The notes under the pieces: model-generated | Database searches by the model: none | The model's input: only the letters and a program-made list of their open reading frames with translations | What the model was told of the DNA's origin: nothing | Part shown: piece after piece, positions 1 to 9,973 of the stretch | Position numbering within the stretch: the stretch's first letter is position 1 | How the letters are laid out: each line of letters starts with the position of its first letter | Position numbers and translations under genes: made by a program | Assembly: GCA_016432625.1 (NCBI GenBank) | Contig: CP066697.1 | Location: 458,561-522,560, forward strand | From: Candidatus Berkelbacteria bacterium | GTDB lineage: Bacteria > Patescibacteriota > UBA1384 > 2-12-FULL-50-11 | DNA length: 64,000 bases | Reading direction: 5' to 3'

Positions 1-460
1 GCGGTGACTGGTCGGTGTCGAAGAGATACGAGAATTCGCCTGGGAATTCTGTCGTACGGCATAGCCGATAGCGATAGCCCTGGTAGTCCCAGATGCCGCT
101 GCGCTCGTCTTTGCTGTCCTTGCCGTTGGCGCTTTCGCCAACGCAGATCCAGACTCGTTCTATCCTCTTGAAACCCCGCGCAATGATGCGCAGATCCAAG
201 ACGGTGCCGCGGGGAACTTGCGGGTAGTACCCGGTGATTGCCGAGTACGAGCCGCCGAGGTTGTCTTCGCGAGTGCCTCCTGTGTCGTACGCCGAAGCGT
301 TGAACGACATGGAAACGCTCTGCCGAAGCCGTTCCTCAGTTTTCCCCAGCCACTGCACGCCGAGCGTGTGCTGGGCTTGCTGTGTGGCAGCAAAAGTTGT
401 CGGGGCGACGCCCATAACGAGCGCCGCGAGAACTACGAATAGTCTGAGCATCCGATACAC
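1..460 (-). CDS. Secreted hypothetical protein, 3'-partial (runs off window; not in the ORF track)
   Basis: Hand translation from GTG 460 or ATG 451 gives MLRLFVVLAALVMGVAPTTFAATQQAQH..., open to base 1. Signal-peptide-like N-terminus; SD GGAGG at 468-472. Confidence 0.8.
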   Translation of the reverse strand, partial: MYRMLRLFVVLAALVMGVAPTTFAATQQAQHTLGVQWLGKTEERLRQSVSMSFNASAYDTGGTREDNLGGSYSAITGYYPQVPRGTVLDLRIIARGFKRIERVWICVGESANGKDSKDERSGIWDYQGYRYRLCRTTEFPGEFSYLFDTDQSP

Positions 461-500
461 GGGCTCACCTCCATTTGTCGTTGGTAACATAAGTTTCTGT

Positions 501-676
501 CCTGCTTGTAAAACAACGCACTGAGCGTCGTGGTCGCCTTACTTGCAGGCGCCGTCTCAGCCAGGAGAAGGGCAGGAGGAATATTGCCGGGATGAGCAAG
601 CTCAACCCATATGGCAACTCTCCCTAGTCCCAGCCGAGACGGCACCTACAAGCGTTTACCATCGCGCTTAATGTAC
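501..676 (-). ncRNA. Highly structured ~215-nt 5' leader (candidate cis-regulatory RNA)
   Basis: Rod hairpin 551-643 (16-bp basal stem with G-U pairs on the minus strand, CUUG-capped tip), second stem 501-549 and small stem 647-675, lying between the promoter and the SD. Confidence 0.5.
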
Positions 677-682
677 GACGGG

Positions 683-711
683 ATAATAGCATATGCCTAC
701 CTAAAAGTCAA
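683..711 (-). promoter_or_regulatory. sigma70-type promoter
   Basis: TTGACT-N17-TATTAT with extended -10 TG. Confidence 0.75.
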
Positions 712-810
712 TCATTATAGCAGGTATTTCGCATATACTATTTATATACTTTTAGTTGCCGAAAAATTAACTCACCGTTAGCGGGAATGCACAATTACCT
801 TTAAGGCTTA

Positions 811-2148
811 TTACCGTGGCACGTATTCTGTGCCGTCGTCGGTATCTAGAACGTCGTACCCTAGCTGAAGTAGTTCCGCCTTACGGTTATCAGCCGTCAG
901 GAAGTCCTTTTTTTCTCTAGCGCTATACCTATCAGCGGCTAAGCGTTGGGCTGGCGGGTCTTCTTCCACTTTTCGATAGACAAGGCCGAAGATTGCAAAA
1001 AGCTTGTCGGTATCCTCAAGGCTTATCTCCGTCGCGTTCTGTGACCAGATCTGTAAAGCTAGGGGGGTATCAAGATCGTCCTCGAGAGCAGCGATGATTT
1101 GTCCCCATATCTCCGCGTTAGTTTCCGACGGCAAATTACGGTAGGCGCCGAAAATTTTCTTTCTTAAAGCGACGCCCTGCTCCATATTTGCTCTGGTATA
1201 GTCGAATGGGCGACGATAATGAGTTTGATACATTGCCAGGCGAATTTCGTTTGGCGAGAAGTCTTCTAAGATTTCTTGGATCAGAATGGTGTTCTTGAGC
1301 GACTTACTCATCTTCTGACCGTTTACCGTTAACATACCGCCGTGAATCCAGAAATTGGCCATAGTTTTACCTGTTAGCGCCTCTGTCTGGGCGATCTCAT
1401 TCTCGTGGTGCGGAAAAATATGCTCAATAGCTGAACCGTGAATGTCAAAAGTATCGCCCAAATACTTGCGACTCATCGTCGAACACTCGATATGCCAACC
1501 AGGAAAACCCCTGCCCCAGGGCGAGTCCCAGACCAGTTCGTTGGCCCCAAACGGCGCTGCTTTCCACAGGGCAAAATCTGCTGGTGACAGTTTGTCTTTA
1601 GCAGGTTCAGTTCTGGTGCCGGTGACAATTTCAGCAATACCCCGATGGCTTAACTTGCCGTAGTCTTGTTTTCTCGAGACACGAAAATATACATTTCCTT
1701 CAGATGTAGCATATGCGAACCCCTTTTTAATAAGTTCCTCAACAAACTTGATTATTTCCTTGATATGGGAGGAGGCTTTCGGGTACTCATCAGGTTCGAG
1801 GATATTCAGGCGTGACATATCCCTCTTATGAGCCTCGCTAAACTGTTCGATTACCTGCACAGTAGTCTCGCCAGTCTCCTGAGCCTTCTGCCTTATCTTA
1901 TCTTTACCTGATTCGGCGTCGTTCATCAGGTGGCCGACGTCAGTGATATTCTGGATATAATTCACCTCGAAGCCCTCGTAGCGAAGTACCCGGTTTAAAA
2001 GGTCGAAGCTCAAATATGTCCGGGCGTGCCCAATATGGTCATAGTCGTAGACAGTAGGGCCGCAAACATACATCCGAACCTTATGCGGCTCAATAGAATA
2101 GAAGGGTTCCTTTTTTGTCGTCAAAGTATTGTAAAGCTCTAAAGCCAT
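811..2148 (-). CDS. cysS: Cysteine--tRNA ligase
   Basis: YVCGPTVY, HIGH, PGWHIECS and KMSKS motifs. Confidence 0.98.
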   Translation of the reverse strand: MALELYNTLTTKKEPFYSIEPHKVRMYVCGPTVYDYDHIGHARTYLSFDLLNRVLRYEGFEVNYIQNITDVGHLMNDAESGKDKIRQKAQETGETTVQVIEQFSEAHKRDMSRLNILEPDEYPKASSHIKEIIKFVEELIKKGFAYATSEGNVYFRVSRKQDYGKLSHRGIAEIVTGTRTEPAKDKLSPADFALWKAAPFGANELVWDSPWGRGFPGWHIECSTMSRKYLGDTFDIHGSAIEHIFPHHENEIAQTEALTGKTMANFWIHGGMLTVNGQKMSKSLKNTILIQEILEDFSPNEIRLAMYQTHYRRPFDYTRANMEQGVALRKKIFGAYRNLPSETNAEIWGQIIAALEDDLDTPLALQIWSQNATEISLEDTDKLFAIFGLVYRKVEEDPPAQRLAADRYSAREKKDFLTADNRKAELLQLGYDVLDTDDGTEYVPR

Positions 2149-2208
2149 TACCTTACTTTTACCTTAATTTTTTTCCGGAGAACAGGCCGGCAGGTGTAGT
2201 GCTGGCTG

Positions 2209-2487
2209 CTATTCGTCACCGTCGCCGTAGTCGTCGTGAGTATCGTCCTGGGACTCTTCTTCCTGAAGGCGCTCGAGTGAGAGCTCTTGGCCATCTTCTG
2301 CCCCGCCACCTTCTGTTTGTTCGCTCAGGGATTCGTCCTCGTCTGACTCGCTGACAGCGCTGCGGTGCTTTGCAGGCGCATCAAGCGTCATCATGCGGCC
2401 GCTACAGTTAGGGCAAATTTCATTGGGGATCGGGGAGGTAAAGCCGCAATCCTCACAGGCGAATTCTTGATCTACAGTGTGTTCCAT
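2209..2487 (-). CDS. Small zinc-ribbon protein with acidic tail
   Basis: CEDCG...CPNCSG followed by a D/E-rich C-terminus; TAATAT 6 nt before the ATG. Confidence 0.75.
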   Translation of the reverse strand: MEHTVDQEFACEDCGFTSPIPNEICPNCSGRMMTLDAPAKHRSAVSESDEDESLSEQTEGGGAEDGQELSLERLQEEESQDDTHDDYGDGDE

Positions 2488-2531
2488 AGGGCAATATTAG
2501 CGAAAGTTAAAACAAAATTACAGTTATGTTA

Positions 2532-3164
2532 CTACTCATTGTGATACGAACGACGACCCTCCAGGGCCCGGCTTAAAGTTAGTTCGTCAGCATACTCAAG
2601 ATCGCCACCAACCGGCAAGCCGCGTGCCAAGCGTGTGACAATTATTTCAGCGGCGATATTCTTGGCTTGCTGTTTATTTTTTACCTGCTCATCAATGTAG
2701 AGCGCTGTCGCTTCGCCTTCGAGCGACGGATCAGTCGCTAGGATAACTTCCTTAATTTCGTTACCCTCAAGACGTTTTAGTAGGTGGTCAATTGCTAAGT
2801 TTTCGGGGCCAACGTTGTTAATTGGCGAGATTTGGCCGCCAAGCACGTGATAACGACCAGTGAAGCGGGCTTTCTCCAGAGCTAAAACGTCTAGTGATTC
2901 CTCAACGACTGCTAGTTTCTCACGCTCGCGACTTGTGTCGGAGCAAATCGGACACGGGTCGGCTTCGGCAACAATATGGCAAGTTGAACAGCTGACTACG
3001 TTCCCTTTTAGCTCAGAAAAAGCTTTGCCAAATTCTTCGAGCTCTTCGTCCTTGCGTCCTAACAAGTAGAACGTCAAACGGTTGGCCGTTTTTGGGCCAA
3101 CACCAGGCAGGCTAGACAAAACCTGCGACAATCTCTCCACGGCTTTCGGTAAAACGCTCTTCAT
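2532..3164 (-). CDS. recR: Recombination protein RecR
   Basis: LPGVGPKTA HhH, C4 zinc finger, TOPRIM (YHVLGG, EGEATA), GGDLEYAD. Confidence 0.97.
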   Translation of the reverse strand: MKSVLPKAVERLSQVLSSLPGVGPKTANRLTFYLLGRKDEELEEFGKAFSELKGNVVSCSTCHIVAEADPCPICSDTSREREKLAVVEESLDVLALEKARFTGRYHVLGGQISPINNVGPENLAIDHLLKRLEGNEIKEVILATDPSLEGEATALYIDEQVKNKQQAKNIAAEIIVTRLARGLPVGGDLEYADELTLSRALEGRRSYHNE

Positions 3165-3182
3165 AGCTGCAAGGGCATTGTA

Positions 3183-5411
3183 CTAACTTTTTACTTCAGG
3201 ACTAGCCCCAGCTGGCTCTTTGGTGTAGTCGCACTGACTGCAGGCAAGCCCGGCGCGCTTCTTTACCAAGATATTGCTGCATTGTGGGCATTTTTCGCTT
3301 GTTGGCTCGTCCCAAAACGCAGTCTTGCAAGACGGGTAGCCAGAGCAGCCCCAGAAAGCTTTGCCACGACGAGTCATCTTGCGTACTAATTCTTTGCCAC
3401 AGTTAGGGCAAGGCACGCTCGAAGCAATAACAAGCGCCTTGGTGAACTTACATTTTGGGTAATTAGAGCAGCCAAAAAACGTACCGAACCGTCCCTGTTT
3501 TAAAACGAGCTTGCCGTCTTTGCATTTTTCACACGCGCCGCCTTCTTGCTCGTCAACGGCTTTTTGCTCGTCTTTGTCCATGTTCTCAGTAATCGGCGCC
3601 GTATATTTACATTCCGGAAAGCCTGTACAGGCGTAGAACTTGCCGTAACGGCCAAGCTTAATTACCAGCGGTTTATGACACTCCGGACACTTCTCATCGG
3701 TTTTCTCCTCGACGATAGATTTCTTGTCGACAGTTTTTTCGCCTTTGGCAAGCAATTCGGCGAACGGTTTATAAAATTCGTCAAGAACAGTATTCAACTT
3801 TTTCTTGCCCTCGGCGATGTCATCTAACTCATCCTCCATTTCGGCGGTGAAGTTAAAATCAACCACCGTTGGAAAGTGCTCAACGAGTAAGTCGTTAACG
3901 ATGCCGGCGACGTCTTCCGGAACAAATCGTCCGACCTGCTTTGTGACGTAACCGCGTTCGACGATTGTCGACATCGTTGGCGCGTACGTTGATGGTCGGC
4001 CAATGCCGCGTTTTTCCAGTTCCTTTACCAGCGTCGCTTCGGAATAGCGCGCCGGGGGTTGAGTGAAATGTTGTGTTGGTTCCAGTTTTTTGAAAGTCAC
4101 GCTCTCCCCTTCCGCTAATTCTGGGAGTGCGACGAAGCGCTCTTCGTCGTCGGGAAAAACCTTCAAGAAGCCTTCAAACTTTAGGTCGCGGCCGCGAGCG
4201 ATTAACTTTGTGCCGTCACCAGACTCGATAGTTGCGGTGGTGGTTTCAACTTTTGCTGGCGTCATCTGTGAGGCCATAGCAGCACGCCAAATTAATTCAT
4301 AAAGTTTGAAATGATCACGATCGAGCTTATCCTTAAGCATCGTTGGGGATAGGTTGAAGTTAGTTGGTCGAATTGCTTCGTGCGCCTCCTGTGCTCCCCG
4401 AACTTTTTTGGTATAAACGTTCGGCTTGGCCGGAGCATATTTTGCTCCAAAATCAGAAACGATCACTGAGGCGGCTTGTTTACGAGCTTGCTCAGCCAGG
4501 TTGTACGAGTCGGTCCTCATGTAAGTGATTAAGGCCACCGTGCCCATACCGGCAATATCCACACCTTCATAAAGGTCTTGGGCAATTTTCATCGTCTTCT
4601 TGGCGGCGAAATGGCAAAAGCGCGCCGACTGTTGTTGCAGAGTAGAAGTAATGAGCGGCGGTTGAGGATTAAGTTGGGAATCGGCAGTCTCGACGCTACT
4701 GACTTTTAACGAAGCACCCTTGAGTTTGGCGGCAAGTTTTTCGATATCCGCCCTCTTCTCAACTTCCAACGGTTTGGTCGAACTTTTTTCTGAAACATAA
4801 GAATCAAACTCGCCGTTCTTGCTTTTAAGCGTGGCGTCTAGTGTCCAGAATTCACGGGTTTTGAACTCGCTAATTTCCCGCTCGCGCTCGACAATTAGCC
4901 GCACAGCGACTGACTGGACTCGTCCTGCCGATAAGCCGCGGTAAACTTTTTTCCAAAGAAACGGCGAGAGCTTATAGCCAACTAGGCGGTCAAGAATTCG
5001 TCTTGCCTGTTGCGCGTCAACCAAATCGGCGTCGATTGTTCGCGGATGATCGATGGCTTCTTGAATCGCTGACTTGGTAATCTCATGAAAAGTGATTCGC
5101 TTTGGCTCAGACTTCGGCTTCAGGAGCTCTGTTAAATGCCAGGCGATTGCTTCTCCTTCGCGATCAAAGTCCGTTGCGAGATACAGTTCGTCGGTCTTCT
5201 TAACCGCTTCGCGAAGTTCGCTAACGACGGTCTTCGCCTTAGCGATCGGCAGGTAATCGACAGAATAATTGTGCTCAACGTCAATACCGAGCTTGCTTTT
5301 CGGCAAGTCACGAACGTGGCCGTATGAAGCTTTGACGACGTAATCGCTACCTAAATATTGTGAAATAGTTTTTGCCTTGGCGGGAGATTCAACAATTACC
5401 AACTTCTTCAT
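3183..5411 (-). CDS. topA: DNA topoisomerase I
   Basis: LVIVESPAKAKTI, DREGEAI, SAGRVQS, ITYMRTD and C-terminal zinc ribbons. Confidence 0.98.
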   Translation of the reverse strand: MKKLVIVESPAKAKTISQYLGSDYVVKASYGHVRDLPKSKLGIDVEHNYSVDYLPIAKAKTVVSELREAVKKTDELYLATDFDREGEAIAWHLTELLKPKSEPKRITFHEITKSAIQEAIDHPRTIDADLVDAQQARRILDRLVGYKLSPFLWKKVYRGLSAGRVQSVAVRLIVEREREISEFKTREFWTLDATLKSKNGEFDSYVSEKSSTKPLEVEKRADIEKLAAKLKGASLKVSSVETADSQLNPQPPLITSTLQQQSARFCHFAAKKTMKIAQDLYEGVDIAGMGTVALITYMRTDSYNLAEQARKQAASVIVSDFGAKYAPAKPNVYTKKVRGAQEAHEAIRPTNFNLSPTMLKDKLDRDHFKLYELIWRAAMASQMTPAKVETTTATIESGDGTKLIARGRDLKFEGFLKVFPDDEERFVALPELAEGESVTFKKLEPTQHFTQPPARYSEATLVKELEKRGIGRPSTYAPTMSTIVERGYVTKQVGRFVPEDVAGIVNDLLVEHFPTVVDFNFTAEMEDELDDIAEGKKKLNTVLDEFYKPFAELLAKGEKTVDKKSIVEEKTDEKCPECHKPLVIKLGRYGKFYACTGFPECKYTAPITENMDKDEQKAVDEQEGGACEKCKDGKLVLKQGRFGTFFGCSNYPKCKFTKALVIASSVPCPNCGKELVRKMTRRGKAFWGCSGYPSCKTAFWDEPTSEKCPQCSNILVKKRAGLACSQCDYTKEPAGASPEVKS

Positions 5412-5457
5412 CTATAAAGTTTTCTCTGCTGGTCGTGCTGACAAGTTTTCTTCATGG

Positions 5458-6552
5458 TTATTTTATCTGCTGATACTGTCCAGGATGAACTTGGTAGATC
5501 ACACCGGCAAGTTCGAGCTCCGTTATTAATCCTAATACCTCTTCTATATTTTGCCCAGTTTCGCTCACTATAGCGTCTAGATCCAGAGCCCGATCAGTAA
5601 GTAAGTTTAGAAGTCTTGCCTGCTCACTGTCAACGGCCACTCGTTCGGTGCTGTTATTTTCCAGGCCGTAGTATTGAAGAAGTTGACTCGGGTCGTCTAG
5701 AAGTATCGCGCCGTGCTTAATAAGCATGTTCGTACCTTCGGCCTGAGTCCGAGTAATGTCAGCGGGAATGGCAAAAATGTCGCGGTTGTAATCAAGAGCA
5801 GATTTAGCGGTGGTCAGCGACCCTGAACGAATTTTTGCTTCGACGATTACTGTCGCGGGCGAGAGCGCTGCGCCGATACGATTACGAACTGGAAATTTGT
5901 AAGGCTGTGGGCGACTTAAGGGCGGGTACTCGCTAAGCAGCAAGCCACCAGAATCAATAATATTCTCCGCTAAATTGGTGTGGTCGGTGGGGTAAATGCC
6001 GTCAAGGCCCCCGGCAAGAACTGCGATTGTCCTTCCTTTATACCGTAGACTGAGTTCGTGTACCGATTTATCAACGCCGTAAGCCAGACCAGAAACAGTT
6101 GTAATGTTGGTTAGTAGCTCGGGCAGGAGAAGTTTTTTCAGCGCCTCTTGGGCGTACGTACTCGGCTTACGCGTGCCAACAACTGTTAGAGTTTTAGCTT
6201 CACTTTGAGCCCCTAAGTCCCCGCGATAATAAAGCCAGAGCGGCAAATCAGGAATTTCTTTTAAAAGCGCGGGGTAATGTGCGTCGTCTACAGTTATAAG
6301 CTTAATGTCGCGGCTCTTTAGCAATTTCATCTCACGACTGACATCGGTATCACGATCTCTAAAACACTCCGCCTGATGTTGGGTCAAGCCGGCAGCGATT
6401 AAGTCTTTTGTTTTAGCAGCCAATAATTCTGTGGCTGATTTGAAACCACGACGGAGCTTTTGCCAGGAGAGCGGACCAATTACCTCAAGTCTAGATAAAG
6501 AGATAATCTCCTCTAACGATACATCTTTAAAGTAGCCGGAAGTCTTCGACAT
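5458..6552 (-). CDS. dprA: DNA processing protein DprA
   Basis: VVGTRK, VSGLAYGVD, FPVRNRI, SGSLTTA and C-terminal winged helix. Confidence 0.96.
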   Translation of the reverse strand: MSKTSGYFKDVSLEEIISLSRLEVIGPLSWQKLRRGFKSATELLAAKTKDLIAAGLTQHQAECFRDRDTDVSREMKLLKSRDIKLITVDDAHYPALLKEIPDLPLWLYYRGDLGAQSEAKTLTVVGTRKPSTYAQEALKKLLLPELLTNITTVSGLAYGVDKSVHELSLRYKGRTIAVLAGGLDGIYPTDHTNLAENIIDSGGLLLSEYPPLSRPQPYKFPVRNRIGAALSPATVIVEAKIRSGSLTTAKSALDYNRDIFAIPADITRTQAEGTNMLIKHGAILLDDPSQLLQYYGLENNSTERVAVDSEQARLLNLLTDRALDLDAIVSETGQNIEEVLGLITELELAGVIYQVHPGQYQQIK

Positions 6553-6611
6553 ATCACTAATATTACACGTCTAGCTGTGCAAATTCCTAAGTAAAATTAG
6601 CGATGAGACTC

Positions 6612-6640
6612 TTGACTATTGTTAGGTGTCGTGTTAAATT
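6612..6640 (+). promoter_or_regulatory. sigma70-type promoter facing an ORF-free region
   Basis: TTGACT-N17-TAAATT with extended -10 TG. Confidence 0.65.
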
Positions 6641-6646
6641 CCTTCA

Positions 6647-6955
6647 GCACTTAAAAAACAAACGCATATAGCGAGGGTTCCCTTCCTTCTCATTCTAAAG
6701 ACCAATACGAAAATCAATCAGCGTATCGGAAGCGAGTGGGCTAGGTCCCATAGGGCCACGAGCTGAGATCGAGGGCGAGTCACCGCAGGAGTGACGAGAC
6801 CCGACTGATAGATGTTCGTATTGGTAATCCCCGCTTTCTGCGTTCAGCCAACCCGCGCCTTATTAAAATGCGCGAAATAATTCTTAACGAGGCTGGTGAG
6901 GATGTAGGGAGATTTTCGGGAAAGGCCTCGGCATTTATGTCGGGGCCTTTCCCTT
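6647..6955 (+). ncRNA. Candidate ~310-nt structured non-coding RNA, family unknown
   Basis: Nested stems 6661-6666/6839-6844 and 6701-6711/6815-6825 (11 bp perfect), tandem-GA hairpins, possible pseudoknot 6678-6692/6897-6911, terminal hairpin; no ORF of 60 aa or more. Confidence 0.55.
6918..6953. terminator. Long hairpin between the candidate ncRNA and convergent pepF
   Basis: GGGAAAGGCCTCGGCAT-TT-ATGTCGGGGCCTTTCCC; its G-U pairs favour the + strand. Confidence 0.7.
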
Positions 6956-6960
6956 ACTCC

Positions 6961-8769
6961 CTAAATTTTTTTCAACTTTTTGGCCAGTTTTTCAGTTTCG
7001 CGTAAAAGCTGTTCGACTTCGTCTAGGCCTTGATCCCAGAATGCCTTGTCTTCGATATCAATCCCCAGTGCTAGAAAAATGTTTTTTGGAGAAACGGACG
7101 AGCCGGCCGATAGGAATTCTTTAATCTTAAGAATGAAAGTGGGCTCTTGGCGGAACTTACGCTGGAGTGCTTTAGAAATTAAAAGCCCGCTTGCGTAGGA
7201 ATATACATAAAACGGACGGCGAAAATGGTGCCATCCAACCCACCAATTCTCGCTGCCAGGAGACTGCTCTACTGTTGGACCCATGTACGAGCGCATGTGT
7301 TCTTGGAATATATTCCCAATTTCTTCTTTAGAAAGGTAACCTCGCTGACGGTATTCCTTGTGTAACTCCTGCTCACATTTATAAGCAGCCACTTGCCTTA
7401 TAATTGTCGAGATGTCATCGCCCAGTTTCATTACCATTACTGCTAGTCGTAACTCATCGTCGGCATCCTTGAGTAGCTCGTCAACTGTGAAATCTTCCAT
7501 AAAAGTACTAGCCACCTCCGCGGTCGCAAGCGGCGTGTGTGCATAAGTCGCAGGCTGTCGCTTCTTAATTAATTCGTCATTTATTCCGTGCCCAACTTCG
7601 TGAGCAAGCGTCGTCACGTCACGAAAACTGTCAGTATGGTTGAGTAATATGTAGGTCGGTAAGCTGACCAAATACATTGTGCAAAATGCCCCGGCTCGTT
7701 TGCCCTTTTTGGGGAACACATCAATTTGCCCGTTTTCGACAAACTTCTCAAAAATCTCCACAAATTCTTCATCAACCTTGGACAATGCGCTTCGGACAAC
7801 GTCGAGTGCTTTATCGTAAGAATAGTTGTGATCGATATCGCCGTACTTAATACTCCGCTCATGATACGCAAGCTTCGATACACCGAGCAGACGAGCTTTA
7901 AGCGCGTAATAACGATGGGCAATTTTAAATCGCTTGCTCACAGCATCGACTAGCGCATCAACGACCGTGCTGTCAATATCGTCTGCTAAATGTCGGGCGG
8001 CATCGGGACGTGTATATCCACGAAGTTCATCACTGACCTTTTTAGTTTCCAAAATGGCATTCAGCTCATTCTCTGCGACCTCAACATGCTGAAATAAGAT
8101 ATCGTTTATGGCAGCTGCTGCGTCGTCTCTAACCTTTTTGTTTTTGCTAAATATCACGTGGTGTAACTTGCTGTAGTTAGTTTTTGAGCGTTTGCCGTCC
8201 TCGAGTAACACCACTCTTTCTTCTTTTGCCAGGAACCCGCTAACCATTTCGGTCCAACGGCTGTATGCCGACGGGTGAAGTAATGAGAAAACGCGCTCTT
8301 CTGGGTCGGTAAGAAAATGTTCCGCCTGCTTAAACAGACGGGCAAGGAATCTATGATACTTTTTGAGTTTCGGACTATTCAAGAATATTTCTTGCTGGGC
8401 TTCGGAAATTTTTCCCAAGTTGAGCCGAAAGAACCTTATGGCGTTAGAATTATTTTTGCCAACCTCGTTAATTTTATTATTTCGAGCTTTGATAGTCGGG
8501 TCGTTTAAGTCGAGGTTACTTTTAAGGCCGAAGTAATATCCCGGCTTTCCCTCCATCCCAAGGCGAGCAGCTATCTGTTCGCCTTCTTCGAGAGCGTCAA
8601 GAAGAGCCTCTGGGTCACGAAGATAATCGTCGCGCTTTCTCCATTTGTTGGCGTAACTACTAACGACACGAGAAATCTCTTGTAGATCTCTCTCTATTTG
8701 CGGATCGTCGTCTGATTTATATAGCGCTGTAAGATCCCAGTCGTGGGTATTGAGACGTTTACTTTTCAA
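6961..8769 (-). CDS. pepF: Oligoendopeptidase F (M3B family)
   Basis: [15 protein letters not shown] zinc motif, AEVAS, FYVYSYA. Confidence 0.93.
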   Translation of the reverse strand: MKSKRLNTHDWDLTALYKSDDDPQIERDLQEISRVVSSYANKWRKRDDYLRDPEALLDALEEGEQIAARLGMEGKPGYYFGLKSNLDLNDPTIKARNNKINEVGKNNSNAIRFFRLNLGKISEAQQEIFLNSPKLKKYHRFLARLFKQAEHFLTDPEERVFSLLHPSAYSRWTEMVSGFLAKEERVVLLEDGKRSKTNYSKLHHVIFSKNKKVRDDAAAAINDILFQHVEVAENELNAILETKKVSDELRGYTRPDAARHLADDIDSTVVDALVDAVSKRFKIAHRYYALKARLLGVSKLAYHERSIKYGDIDHNYSYDKALDVVRSALSKVDEEFVEIFEKFVENGQIDVFPKKGKRAGAFCTMYLVSLPTYILLNHTDSFRDVTTLAHEVGHGINDELIKKRQPATYAHTPLATAEVASTFMEDFTVDELLKDADDELRLAVMVMKLGDDISTIIRQVAAYKCEQELHKEYRQRGYLSKEEIGNIFQEHMRSYMGPTVEQSPGSENWWVGWHHFRRPFYVYSYASGLLISKALQRKFRQEPTFILKIKEFLSAGSSVSPKNIFLALGIDIEDKAFWDQGLDEVEQLLRETEKLAKKLKKI

Positions 8770-9184
8770 CTTCGATGCCCATAGACCGGGCTGTGCCTTC
8801 GATAATTCGTTCCGCTTGCTCGGTAGTGCGAGCGTTAAGATCTGCCATCTTATTTTCGGCGATCTCCCTTATTTGGGCACGGCTCACTTTGCCAACTTTC
8901 TCCTTTTTGGGTGTCTGAGAACCTTTCTGTAAGCCAGCCGCTTTGAGTAGCTGATTAGCAGCTGGTGGAGTTTTGGTAATAAAGGTGAAGGAGCGGTCTT
9001 CGTAGATTGAGAGTTCAACCGGCACGACCGTATCACCCATAGCGCGGGTCTGCTCATTGAACTGATTAACGAACTCCATCAAGTTGACGCCGTGCGGCCC
9101 TAAAGCAGTACCAACAGGTGGCGCCGGGGTGGCTCGGCCCGCCGGCACTTGAAGTTTAACGATAGTTTTTAATTTCTTTGCCAT
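8759..9184 (-). CDS. rplK: 50S ribosomal protein L11
   Basis: [16 protein letters not shown] and GTARSMG. Confidence 0.98.
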   Translation of the reverse strand: MAKKLKTIVKLQVPAGRATPAPPVGTALGPHGVNLMEFVNQFNEQTRAMGDTVVPVELSIYEDRSFTFITKTPPAANQLLKAAGLQKGSQTPKKEKVGKVSRAQIREIAENKMADLNARTTEQAERIIEGTARSMGIEVEK

Positions 9185-9194
9185 TTATATAAAT

Positions 9195-9785
9195 TTATAT
9201 CTTTTTAACTTGTAAGAAGTCTAAAGTCACCGGTGTTTCGCGGCCAAACATCGAAACTGAAACTTTAACGCGCCCTTTGTTTGGATCGACTTCGGTAATC
9301 TTACCTTCGTAACCCTTAAGTGGGCCGTCGTTGATACGAACTAAATCATCTTCACGTAAGTCGACAGTATGTTCCGGCTCAACCTGCGCCATTTTGGCCT
9401 TGATAGTTGTAATCTCGGTTTCAGGAATTGGGGTCGGTCGGACGCCAGAGCCCAAGAAACCGGTAACGCTAGGGGTGTTGCGCACGACGTACCAGGATTC
9501 GTCTGTAACAATCATGTTTACGAAAACATAACCAGGGAAGCTTCGTTTCTCGACTACTTTACGCTTACCGTTCTTAATTTCGATTTGTTTCTCTTTTGGC
9601 ACGATGACCTCGAAGATAAAGTCCTGGAGTTTTAGCGTCTCGGCTCGCTGGTTGATATTTTCAGCTACCTGATCTTCGTAGCCTGCGTAGGTGTGGATAA
9701 CGTACCAGCCGGCTTTGCCGGATTGGCGACTACCTGATGCTGGCTGCTCGTCCTTAGTTGGTTGAAATTCTAAATCGTCTTTCAT
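9195..9785 (-). CDS. nusG: Transcription factor NusG
   Basis: WYVIHTYAGYE, FPGYVFV, KOW domain, MFGRETPV. Confidence 0.97.
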   Translation of the reverse strand: MKDDLEFQPTKDEQPASGSRQSGKAGWYVIHTYAGYEDQVAENINQRAETLKLQDFIFEVIVPKEKQIEIKNGKRKVVEKRSFPGYVFVNMIVTDESWYVVRNTPSVTGFLGSGVRPTPIPETEITTIKAKMAQVEPEHTVDLREDDLVRINDGPLKGYEGKITEVDPNKGRVKVSVSMFGRETPVTLDFLQVKKI

Positions 9786-9973
9786 CGTTCGATTGCTAGA
9801 ATTACTAGTTTTTTCAGGCCGTAATCAAGGCTAGCAAAAATTAATACCGCTACGGCGACTGAAACAACGACCATAATCGTGTGACGGACAACGGTTTCTC
9901 TGGTAGGCCAAACGACTTTGCGTCCTTCCTCAACGGTTGATTTTAGGTAACCGAACGCAGCAATCCGTGCCAT
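9782..9973 (-). CDS. secE: Preprotein translocase subunit SecE
   Basis: E..KVVWP motif plus one TM helix, directly upstream of nusG. Confidence 0.92.
   Translation of the reverse strand: MARIAAFGYLKSTVEEGRKVVWPTRETVVRHTIMVVVSVAVAVLIFASLDYGLKKLVILAIER

Noticed and set aside
160-645. Four short ORFs in the track (160-393, 218-442, 234-524, 433-645)
   Set aside because: They are shadows of the real minus-strand secreted-protein gene and its structured leader, and show no recognisable motifs.
645-672. GCGAUGG...AAACGC resemblance to a fluoride riboswitch
   Set aside because: The remaining consensus and pseudoknot partners are missing, and the downstream gene is unrelated.
6735-6815. UAGGGCCACG (pistol-like) and CUGAUAGA (hammerhead-like) strings in the candidate ncRNA
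   Set aside because: The other conserved core elements of these ribozymes could not be placed.
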